Assembly (NCBI GenBank): GCA_963823025.1
Contig: CAWGKH010000021.1
Location: 17,955-81,954 of the forward strand
Length of the DNA stretch: 64,000 nt
Direction of reading: 5' to 3'
DNA from: an uncultured Planctomycetota bacterium
GTDB lineage: Bacteria > Planctomycetota > UBA1135 > UBA2386
Below are positions 38,601-48,828 of this stretch, one piece after another; the stretch's first letter is position 1; every line of letters begins with the position of its first letter. The position numbers and the translations under genes were made by a program. Under the pieces are notes generated by a model. The model did no database searches. It saw only the letters and a list, made by a program, of their open reading frames with translations, and was not told where the DNA came from.

Positions 38601-38986
38601 GCGGGCCTCGCCGAGCTCGGGAGGTTCACCCGCACGCCGAGCGGCCCCCGCCCGACCCGGGATCGCAGCCTCCCTCGCCGACGCGGCGTCCGGCCGCAAC
38701 CAGAGGGGCACGCCCACTTTCGGAGGTCGCGCCCCGCGGCGATCGGCCGCGCCTTCGTGTCGAACAAGGTCTGGCATCGGGCCGCTGCCACGGCTAGCTT
38801 GTCGCGACACCTGGACGGGATCCCTCCCCCGCCCCTCGCTGACCCCCCCCCCTTCCCTGCCGATGCCGATCGCCGTCTCGCTCGCCCGAGTGACCCGGTC
38901 CTCGCGCCGCGCAGGGTCGCCCGAAATCGACCCGCGCTCGCCCGGTTCGCCACGCTCCGGACGTGCCCTGAACGACACAGGCTGAG

Positions 38987-41599
38987 ATGACTTTCGAACC
39001 CCGTCGTCTTCTCGCAGGAGCCCTGCCTGTCCTGTTCCTCTGCGTCACCGCGTGCTCCGCTCCGGAGTCCGCGGCTCGCTCGTCGGAGGACAACGCGCCG
39101 ATGGCGAACGAGCCGTCCGCGGACCATGCGAACGAGCCGTCCACCGCTGCCGGCGCGACGCAGGAGCCACAGGATCAGGGTGTTCCCGATCAGGTGCGCC
39201 AGGAGCGCAACAAGCTGCTCGTCGAGCAGTACCTCTCCAACGCCGACCGCCTGCGTCGCCAAGGGGACGAGGCGTCGCTGGAGGCTGCGCGCATCGAGCT
39301 GCTGAAGGCCCAGTCGATCGCACCGAGCGATCCGCGCGTGCAGCACCTGCTCGAGCAGGTCGCCACCGAGCTGAACCTCCCGGCCGCGACGCCGGAGACG
39401 TTCGCCGAGGTGCAGGCCCAGCAGCAGAAGATCCACGAGCAGCGCCGGAAGGCCGAAGTGCGTTCACTGCTCGACCAGGGTCAGCAGGCACTCGCGGACA
39501 ACGACTTCCGCACCGCGATCGACGACTTCCGTCGCGCGGTGTTGAACGTCGAAGTCGGTCGCTACGTCGCGTGGGGGGATCTCGACCCACGCGCGCACGA
39601 ACTGCTCGACAAGGCGACCAAGGCGCGCGACGCCGCCGAGGCGGAAGCCACCGCGGCCGCACGTCGCCAGGCTGCGCAGCAGCGTCGCGAGGCCGAGCAG
39701 GCCGACCAGGCGCGCCGCCGCGCGCGCGTCGACGGCCTGATGGCGCAGGCGAGTCGGGCGTTCGAGCGCAAGCAGTTCGCGCTGTCGCGTGACCTCGCCT
39801 TCCAGGCGATGACGGTCGAGCCCAACAACCAGATGGCGCGCGACCTGCACAATGCCGCGATCAAGGCGGCGCGCGAGACGCGCACCGACGAGTACTACCG
39901 CCAGATGGCCACCTCCATCCGTCGGATGAAGGAGGAGGCCGAGAGCTTGCGCATCCCGCAGACCGACATCCTCTGGGTCGATCAGCAGGTCTGGGACAAG
40001 GCGCTGCACCGCTCGGTGCCGAAGAGCTCGGGTGCGACGCTCGATCCCGACAACCAGGCGCTGCGCAAGCAGCTCGGGGAAGCGACGATCAGCGGCCTGA
40101 CGTTCACCGAGGAGGACGGCGCCTACGGGGACGTCGTGCGGCGCGTCTCCACGATCACGAACATCCCGATGATCATCACGCCCGAGGCGCGCGAGACGAT
40201 CGACAGCGAGGACCTCCGGTTGGCGATGGACGTGACCGCGCCGATCTCGGTGCAGAACTTCCTCAACCAGATGGTCTCGCGCAGCGCGGAGCTGGCGTGG
40301 ATCGTCCAGAACGGGGTCGTCGAGATCACGACGAAGGCCAAGGCCGGCGGCGCGAACTACCTCGACGAGAAGGACGTTCGCGACCTCGTGTTCCCGAAGA
40401 CGGTGTTCCTGCCGCCGACGATCCGCGACATCCCGAACGGTGAGGACACCGGCGGCGCCCCGCGCACCGGTGGCGAAGGCGAGGACAAGACGTTCTTCGT
40501 CGAGCTCGACACCCTGGTCGCGAACATCAAGGACGCGACCGACCCGAACTACTGGGACAGCGAGGGCGGTGGCAGCATCGACCAGGCGGAGTCCGGGTAC
40601 CTGCTCGTCACCGCCAACCCGGACATGCAGGCGCGCGTCGACAAGATCCTGGACGACCTCCGGCGATTCGCGACGACGGTCGTGACGATCGAATCCAAGT
40701 TCCTGCAGATCACGCAGAACTTCCTGCAGCAGATCGGCGTCGACTTCCGCGGCCTTGGCGGCTCGGGGTCGAAGGGCACGGTCGCCCAGCTCGACGACGT
40801 CACGAACGGCCTCAACGACAACGCGTCGCGCGGCCTCGACAACTCGGGCACCCAGGACCCGGCAGCCAGCCCGATCGCCGGCGCGTTCTACAACGACGGT
40901 GGCGACGGCGACGTCCGCGCACGCAGTGAGAACTTCTTCACGAACTCACTCGGTCGCGCGCTCAGCACCAACGGTGGCGCGACCGCCGCGATCGTGTTCC
41001 TGAACGACCTCCAGATCCAGGCGATCATCCGCGCCGTGGAGAAGAAGGAAGACGTCCAGGAGCTGAACGGCCAGAACCTGACCGTGCTCAACAACGAACG
41101 CGGTCACGTCGCGATCATCAACCAGACCGCCTACGTCCGTGACTTCAACGTCGAGGTGGCCCAGGCGGCCTTCATCGCCGACCCGGTCATCGACGTGATC
41201 CAGGACGGCGTCGTGCTCGATGTCCGGCCGACGATCAGCTTCGACCGCAAGCGCATCACGCTCGACATGCAGCCGACCGTCGCCGACCTGGTGCGGCCGA
41301 TCGCGACCTTCTCGACGTCGCTCGCCGGCACGACCCAGCCGGTCACGCTGCAGCTCCCGCAGCTCCTCGTGCGCTCGTTCGCGACGACCGTCGAGGTGCC
41401 GGACGGCGCCTCGGTGCTGATCGGCGGCCTCCGCACGGTGAGCAACAAGGAGCGTCGCGCGCAGATCCCCATCCTCGCCGACATCCCGCTGATCGCGTTC
41501 TTCTTCAAGGAGGAAGGCGTGTCCGACGAGAACAGCTCGCTGATGGTGATGGTCCGCGCGACGATCACGGACGTCAAAGACGTGATGGACAACCGCTGA
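38987..41599 (+). CDS. Lipoprotein secretin 2 with N-terminal TPR/coiled-coil region
   Basis: Lipobox VTAC; VVTIESKFLQI, LTVLNNERG, DGVVLDVRPTISFDRKRITLDMQP, TTVEVPDGASVLIGG, IPILADIPLIAFFF. Confidence 0.92.
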   Translation: MTFEPRRLLAGALPVLFLCVTACSAPESAARSSEDNAPMANEPSADHANEPSTAAGATQEPQDQGVPDQVRQERNKLLVEQYLSNADRLRRQGDEASLEAARIELLKAQSIAPSDPRVQHLLEQVATELNLPAATPETFAEVQAQQQKIHEQRRKAEVRSLLDQGQQALADNDFRTAIDDFRRAVLNVEVGRYVAWGDLDPRAHELLDKATKARDAAEAEATAAARRQAAQQRREAEQADQARRRARVDGLMAQASRAFERKQFALSRDLAFQAMTVEPNNQMARDLHNAAIKAARETRTDEYYRQMATSIRRMKEEAESLRIPQTDILWVDQQVWDKALHRSVPKSSGATLDPDNQALRKQLGEATISGLTFTEEDGAYGDVVRRVSTITNIPMIITPEARETIDSEDLRLAMDVTAPISVQNFLNQMVSRSAELAWIVQNGVVEITTKAKAGGANYLDEKDVRDLVFPKTVFLPPTIRDIPNGEDTGGAPRTGGEGEDKTFFVELDTLVANIKDATDPNYWDSEGGGSIDQAESGYLLVTANPDMQARVDKILDDLRRFATTVVTIESKFLQITQNFLQQIGVDFRGLGGSGSKGTVAQLDDVTNGLNDNASRGLDNSGTQDPAASPIAGAFYNDGGDGDVRARSENFFTNSLGRALSTNGGATAAIVFLNDLQIQAIIRAVEKKEDVQELNGQNLTVLNNERGHVAIINQTAYVRDFNVEVAQAAFIADPVIDVIQDGVVLDVRPTISFDRKRITLDMQPTVADLVRPIATFSTSLAGTTQPVTLQLPQLLVRSFATTVEVPDGASVLIGGLRTVSNKERRAQIPILADIPLIAFFFKEEGVSDENSSLMVMVRATITDVKDVMDNR

Positions 41600-41607
41600 C
41601 AGGGTGT

Positions 41608-41671
41608 GCCTTCTTCGCGGCACGCCTTCTTCGCGGCAGGCCTTCTTCACAGTGTGCCTTGTTCACCGGCG
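41608..41671. repeat. Four degenerate 16-bp tandem units (GCCTTCTTC core)
   Basis: gccttcttcgcggcac / gccttcttcgcggcag / gccttcttcacagtgt / gccttgttcaccggcg, just after the secretin 2 stop. Confidence 0.85.
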
Positions 41672-41947
41672 CACGCTGTCCGCGCCGCGCCGGCGGCGCC
41701 CGGGTCAGGAGCCGAGCGGTAGCCTGGACCCGGTCACCGGCTGCCAGGCCGTGAGGGTCCGCATCACGGGCTCTCGCCCGCTCGGCGGCGCCCGCTCGGC
41801 GGGCGCGGATCCCCCGCCGCGGGCCCGGCGCCGTCGCGCCGGACTCGTCGTCCGTACGGTGTCATCGGCTTCCTGACGAGGGCTGGCGCGAGCCCGCCTC
41901 GACCGGCAAGCTCAGCGCCCCCCCCACCCACCGACAGGTCTCCCACG

Positions 41948-42679
41948 GTGCCCCGCCCGCTCGACGCGATCTTCTTCGACATCGACGACACCCTGTTCTC
42001 CACATCGGTGTTCGCCGACAAGGCACGGCGTGCCGCGGTGGACGCGATGATCGGAGTCGGGTTGCGCTCATCCCGCGAGGAGTGCTTCCGCGAGCTCACC
42101 GAGGTCGTGCACGAGTTCAGCAGCAACTACGGCAGCCACTTCGACAAGCTGATCGAACGACTGCCCATCGAAGCGAGCGCGGGCCTGAACAAGGACATCC
42201 TCGTCGCTGCCGGAGTCGTCGCCTACCACGAGACGAAGTGGCGCGAGCTGAAGGTCTACGACGACGTCTACGAGGTCCTCGAGTGGCTCGCCGGCCATAC
42301 CCTGCTGCGCGGCATCATCTCGGCGGGGCTCGGCATCAAGCAGGCGGAGAAGGTCATCCGGCTGAAGATCTACGAGTTCCTGACGCCCGGGGCGATCTTC
42401 TTCACCGAGCAGATCGGCATCAGCAAGCCGAACCCGAAGCTCTATCGCCGCGTGCTGCGTGAGCTGGGGTTGGAGCCGGAGCGCGTGATGTACGTCGGGG
42501 ACAATCCGGTGAACGACGTCGATCCGGCCAACGCAGTGGGCCTCGTGACCGTGCACAACCGGCGATCCGGACGACACGCGAAGCTCGAGGGCAAGAGCCG
42601 GCCGGACTTCGAGATCTCGACGTTCTACGACCTGCGGGACGTCCTGCAGGGCGAGTTCGCGCTGACCGCCACTTCGTGA
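41948..42679 (+). CDS. HAD-superfamily hydrolase, subfamily IA
   Basis: FFDIDDTL motif I, ISKPNP motif III, YVGDNPVNDV motif IV. Confidence 0.93.
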   Translation: MPRPLDAIFFDIDDTLFSTSVFADKARRAAVDAMIGVGLRSSREECFRELTEVVHEFSSNYGSHFDKLIERLPIEASAGLNKDILVAAGVVAYHETKWRELKVYDDVYEVLEWLAGHTLLRGIISAGLGIKQAEKVIRLKIYEFLTPGAIFFTEQIGISKPNPKLYRRVLRELGLEPERVMYVGDNPVNDVDPANAVGLVTVHNRRSGRHAKLEGKSRPDFEISTFYDLRDVLQGEFALTATS

Positions 42680-42703
42680 GCAAACGCGCCCGCGGGAGCC
42701 GCC

Positions 42704-43801
42704 CTACTTGAGCTGCTCCCAGTACTCCTCGGGCATGTCGTGCGCGATCTTCAGCGCCCCGTTGGCGCCGCCGTAGATCGGCTCCTCGACCCGCACCACC
42801 TTGCCGCCCCCGAGGTCCCGCTGCATCGCTGCCTCGATCGCCGAGTCGAGTCCCTTGATCATCGACCCGCCGCCGGCGAGCAGCACCCGGTTCCGCAGCT
42901 TGTGCTGGAACTCCGGATCGAAGGAGCTGATGAGGTCGTTCAGCCCTTGCACGATCGGGTCGATCAGGATGGTGCACGCCTCCTTGATCTGGTCGGTCAT
43001 GTCGAACTCGGTCGGCTTGCCCTTGACCGGCAGCGTGACCTTCACGCGCTCGAGCGGGTCGCCGAGGTACGAGTGGCGCTCCTTGATGTCCTTGACCATC
43101 TGGATCGTGAACTGCGCCTCCGGGAAGTCGCGTTGGATGAGCGACGCCAACTTCTCGTCGACGGAATCGCCGGCGACGCGGAGGGTGAGCTGATCGGACT
43201 CCTCCGGCATCGTGCCGTGCATCCGACAGAGGTCGGCGGTGCCGGCACCGATGTCGATCACCAGCGCGTCCTCGAGCATGTCGAGCCCGTACGCGACCGC
43301 GAACGGCTCCGAGCACAGCATCACCGAGTCGACCGTCTCGCGAGCCGCCTCGATGATGGCCTCCTTGTTCTGGATCGAGGCCTGTGCGGGCGCGCCGATC
43401 ACCGCGTAGACGAGCTCGTCCTTGCGGGGACGCACCCGTTGGATCGCCTCCCGGATCAGATCACGGGCGGCACGCTCGACTTCCTTGCGCTCGTTCTCGT
43501 CGCCGTCGCTGTAGCGCAGCACGCCTTTCTCGAGCGGCTTGAACATCTTGAGGGAAAGTCGCTTCTCGACGGCTTCCTTGCCGAACAGCACGTCCTTGCC
43601 GAGCAGCTTCCGGCTCACCACGTCCTTCGGGTAGCCGACGACCGAGAACACCGTCTCACGAACGCCGTTGCTGGCCGACACGGACGTGCGCGATGTGCCG
43701 AGATCCATGCCGATGTAGAGGACGCCGTGGTCCTTCTTCTCGGATGCCGGTTCGTCCTTCGGCGCTTCCTTGCTGTCGGTCTTCGGGGTGTCGTCGTTCA
43801 T
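42704..43801 (-). CDS. MamK-like bacterial actin
   Basis: Actin-fold motifs GMDLGTS, SEPFAVAYG, IDIGAGTAD, LAGGGS, plus MamK-type stretches SVVGYPKDVVSRKLLG, GTMPEESDQLTL and C-terminal MPEEYWEQL (compared from memory with magnetospirillum MamK). Confidence 0.88.
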   Translation of the reverse strand: MNDDTPKTDSKEAPKDEPASEKKDHGVLYIGMDLGTSRTSVSASNGVRETVFSVVGYPKDVVSRKLLGKDVLFGKEAVEKRLSLKMFKPLEKGVLRYSDGDENERKEVERAARDLIREAIQRVRPRKDELVYAVIGAPAQASIQNKEAIIEAARETVDSVMLCSEPFAVAYGLDMLEDALVIDIGAGTADLCRMHGTMPEESDQLTLRVAGDSVDEKLASLIQRDFPEAQFTIQMVKDIKERHSYLGDPLERVKVTLPVKGKPTEFDMTDQIKEACTILIDPIVQGLNDLISSFDPEFQHKLRNRVLLAGGGSMIKGLDSAIEAAMQRDLGGGKVVRVEEPIYGGANGALKIAHDMPEEYWEQLK

Positions 43802-43824
43802 CGTGTCTCCGTTGAGGCGAGGTG

Positions 43825-44586
43825 TCAGGGTTTCTTCTGCAGCTTCAAGTTGGCTTGGAAGATGTCGGCCATCAGGGCCCGCTTCTGCTCAGCCTTGGCT
43901 TCGGCGGTGTCGAGGCCTTGCACTTCACGGTAGATGGAGGCGATGCCGGGATCGATGCCTTTGCGCCGCGCGACCTGACCGAGCTCCTGCTCGGCGTCCG
44001 CGAGCGACCGGTTGAGCTTGTCGATCCGGCGTTGCAGGACGGCGATCTCCGAGTCGCGGGCCGCACCGCGCTCGGCCGAGGCCGCGGCGCGTTCCTGCTC
44101 GACGACCGACATGACCAGCTCCTCGAGCCGCTCCTGCATCGAGAGGGCTTCCGCCCCGCCGAGCGGGAGCGTCTCGACGACGGTCCGGATCGTCGCGACG
44201 ATCCGCGCGTCCTCGCGGGCGTAGTCCACTGACCGCTGCGCCCGGGCTTCCTCGAGGCGCTCCTCGAGTTGCTGCTGCAGGCGCTGATGCTCGAGCCGCA
44301 GGGCGTTCGCCTCCTCCTCCGCCCGCGAGTGCGCCGCCTTCAGCTCCTCGTTGCTCTTCAGGAGCCGCAGGAACTCTTCCTTCGTCGCGTCGGCGACCTG
44401 GTACCGCTCGGTGGCCAGCAATCGGTGGCGAAGCGTCCGATGCACCGCCTCGTCGATCAGTGCGACGATGCGATCCAGCCCGATGACGTTGACCTTCTGG
44501 ACGCCGCGCTTCTTGAGCTGATCGACCGACGTCTTGTAGGCGAGTCGGCGAACGGCATCTCTCAGGCTCTGGCGAAAGGTCGACAC
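43825..44586 (-). CDS. Coiled-coil protein of unknown function
   Basis: E/R/L/Q-rich heptads, no TM or signal peptide; conserved-looking ends (KTSVDQLKKRGVQKVNVIGLDRI; GIDPGIASIYREVQGL...IFQANLKLQ). GTG start is inferred. Confidence 0.75.
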   Translation of the reverse strand: MSTFRQSLRDAVRRLAYKTSVDQLKKRGVQKVNVIGLDRIVALIDEAVHRTLRHRLLATERYQVADATKEEFLRLLKSNEELKAAHSRAEEEANALRLEHQRLQQQLEERLEEARAQRSVDYAREDARIVATIRTVVETLPLGGAEALSMQERLEELVMSVVEQERAAASAERGAARDSEIAVLQRRIDKLNRSLADAEQELGQVARRKGIDPGIASIYREVQGLDTAEAKAEQKRALMADIFQANLKLQKKP

Positions 44587-44599
44587 GTTCGATGCGCTC

Positions 44600-45388
44600 T
44601 CACCGTTCGTCCCGGCCCCGATAGGCGAACCGAGGGTCGTTGTCGGGATCGGCGCCCCGAACCTCGGTGACGAACACGCCGAGCACGTTGGCGCCGAGGT
44701 CCTGCAGCGTGCGGATCGCATCGCGGGTCAGGGTCTTCGGCGAATACTCGAGCCGGACCGTCACGAGCGTCCCGTCCGCGCGCGCGGCCGCGACGCCGGC
44801 ATCGGTCGCCGGCAGGATCGGCGGCGTGTCGATCAGCACGTAGCGGAACTCCTCCTTGAGGCGGCTCAGGAGCTCGTCCACGCGCGGCGCCGAGATCACC
44901 TCCGAGGGCGCCGCGAGTCGCGTACCCGCGCCGAGCACCCAGAGGTTGCGGATGCCCGACTGGCGGAGCGCGCCGGCGAGCGGCACCCGCTCCATCAACA
45001 CGTCACCGAGGCCCGCGTGCGGGTTGAGGTGCAGGTAGTCCTCGACGGAAGGCGACCGTAGATCGCCGTCCACGAGCAGGATCCGCGACCGCTCCAACTC
45101 GGCGAACGCCAGCGCCAGGTTGATCGCCGTGATGGTCTTGCCCTCACCCTTCACCGCCGAGGTGATGACGAGCGATTTGGCCTCGCCATCGGGGTTGAGG
45201 GCCATCAGCTGGTTGCGGAGCGCCCGGAACTGCTCGGCGCGGTAGCTGGTCGGCTCGTGGAACACGACCAGGTACGGATTCACGGCGCGGTCGACGACGA
45301 CCAACACGTCGTCGTCGAACGCATCCAGCCCGGCCACCATCTCGGGTTCGCCGGACGCGTCGTCTTTCCGCTTGCGGAATCGGGTCAA
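44600..45388 (-). CDS. CpsD/CapB-family (BY-kinase-like) P-loop protein without a Tyr cluster
   Basis: AEQFRALRNQL, Walker A ITSAVKGEGKT, A' LVDGDLR, Walker B VLIDTPP. TTG start is inferred. Confidence 0.88.
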   Translation of the reverse strand: MTRFRKRKDDASGEPEMVAGLDAFDDDVLVVVDRAVNPYLVVFHEPTSYRAEQFRALRNQLMALNPDGEAKSLVITSAVKGEGKTITAINLALAFAELERSRILLVDGDLRSPSVEDYLHLNPHAGLGDVLMERVPLAGALRQSGIRNLWVLGAGTRLAAPSEVISAPRVDELLSRLKEEFRYVLIDTPPILPATDAGVAAARADGTLVTVRLEYSPKTLTRDAIRTLQDLGANVLGVFVTEVRGADPDNDPRFAYRGRDER

Positions 45389-45542
45389 GTCGCGCTCCTC
45401 GTCTCGGTCGCCCACGAGACTGCGGGTCCCGTCTGTGTATCGACGGCCCGATCGGAGCGGCTGGAGCGCCCGCCTCCCGGGGTGGCCGAGCCGGTCACCA
45501 AAGCCGCTCCGCGGGTCCTCCGCAAGGGGATTCCGAACTGCC

Positions 45543-47213
<1,671 letters not shown>

Positions 47214-47250
47214 CCGGGCATTCTACGGGGCCCGGCGCCCCGGTCACCGC

Positions 47251-48779
47251 TCACTTCAGTGGGCCGCAGATCGCCTCGACCGCACGCAGGAGCTCGCCGG
47301 AGGAGACGAGCTGCTCGGCGGCGCGCAGATCCGGCGCGAGGAAGCGATCCTCGGTCAGTGGCGGCACGACCTCGCGGATCGCCGCGTACGCCGCCTCGAC
47401 GCCCCGTCCGGGGCGCAGCGGTTCGCCGCAATCGAGTCCGGCGGCGGCGCTGATCAGCTCGATCGCGAGGACGCGCGCGGTGTTCTGCACGACCTGCGCC
47501 GCGTGCCGCGCCGCGGTCACGCCCATCGAGACGTGGTCCTCGCGGTTCGCCGACGTCGGGATCGTGTCGACGCTCGCCGGATGGGCGAGCGTCTTGTTCT
47601 CCGAGGCCAGCGCCGCGGCCACGACCTGCTGGATCATCAGCCCGCTCTCGACGCCCGGATCCGCGGCGAGGAATGGCGGCAGCCCGGAGATGTCCGGGTT
47701 GACGAGGTTCTCGGTGCGGCGCTCGCTGATGTTCGCCAGCGTGGCGACGGCGATCTTCAGGTAGTCGAGCGCCTGGCTGACCGGCTGGCCGTGGAAGTTG
47801 CCGGCCGAGACCACGTCGCCGTTCGGGAACACCAGCGGGTTGTCGGTGACCGAGCTCGCCTCGGTCTCGAGCACGCCGCGCACGAACGCCGAGCGCGTCC
47901 TTGGCCGCGCCGTGCACCTGCGGCGCGCAGCGCAGCGAGTAGGCGTCCTGCACCTTTCCGCAGCCGGCGTGGCTCGGGATGATCCGCGAGCCGCGCAGCA
48001 GCGAGCGGAGGTTGGCCGCGGTCCGCTGCTGGCCCGGGTGCGGGCGCACCTCGTGCACCGCGCGGCGGAACGGACCGGGCCGAGCCCCTCAGCGCCTCGA
48101 GGGTGGTCGCGCACGCCACGTCCGACGTGCGGCTCAGGATCGTCGCGCGGTGCAGCGTGACCAGGCCGATCGCGGTCATGATCTGCGTGCCGTTGATCAG
48201 CGCGAGCCCCTCCTTCGCCGAGAGCTCGACCGGCGCGAGACCGACGCGCGCGAGCGCGCGCTTCGACGGCATCGCCTTGCCGTCGAAGAACACCTCGCCC
48301 TCGCCGATCAGCGGCAGCGCCATGTGGGCGAGCGGGGCGAGGTCGCCCGATGCTCCGACCGAGCCCTGCGACGGGATCCACGGCACGATGCCAGCGTTGA
48401 ACATCGCGATCATCGCGTCGACGAGCCCGGTCCGGACCCCCGAGCACCCGCGCGCGATCGCGTGGATACGCAGCGCGAACGCCAGACGGCTGACGTCGAC
48501 CGGCAGCGGGTCGCCGACCCCGGTCGCGTGCGAGAGCAGGAGGTTGCGCTGCAACGTCCCGAGCTTCGCGAGCGGGACGTTCACGCTCGCGAGCTTGCCG
48601 AAGCCGGTGTTGACGCCGTAGACGACGCGGCCCTCGTCGATCGTCGCCTCGACGACGCGCCGCGAGGCGGCGATCCCGCGGCGCGCGTCAGCCGGGAGGC
48701 TCACGCGCGCGTCCGGCAGGGACAGCGAGATCCAGGTGTCGAGCGGGTGGTTCTTCGTGCCGAGGGGGATGGGAGTCAT
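47251..48779 (-). CDS. hutH: Histidine ammonia-lyase with two +1 frame breaks (near 48074 and 47890)
   Basis: YGVNTGFG and the MIO motif [11 protein letters not shown] in the first frame; RPHPGQ...[15 protein letters not shown] in the second; TDNPLVF...GNFHGQP...[11 protein letters not shown] in the third. Confidence 0.93.
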
Positions 48780-48828
48780 GGTTCGGATCGGAGGACCGCC
48801 GGGTCGATCCCCGAGGATGCCGTCCGGA

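Noticed and set aside
28718-41599. Canonical T2SS, type IV pilus, Tol-Pal or TonB system
   Set aside because: No GspE/PilB ATPase, GspF/PilC, prepilins, TolA/TolB/Pal, TonB or TonB-dependent receptor recognised in the window; they could lie elsewhere in the genome.
37876-41671. Short tandem arrays as a possible CRISPR array
   Set aside because: Units are 16-20 bp with no unique spacers of about 30 bp, and no cas genes are visible.
42704-43801. Magnetosome island or mreBCD operon
   Set aside because: No other mam genes and no mreC/mreD are adjacent.
44600-45388. Capsule/EPS biosynthesis locus
   Set aside because: No Wzz/Wza, flippase or glycosyltransferase neighbours, and the Tyr cluster is absent.
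47251-48779. hutH as a true pseudogene or programmed frameshift
   Set aside because: Motifs are intact, hutU is intact, no slippery heptamer was seen, and similar indels occur across the window.
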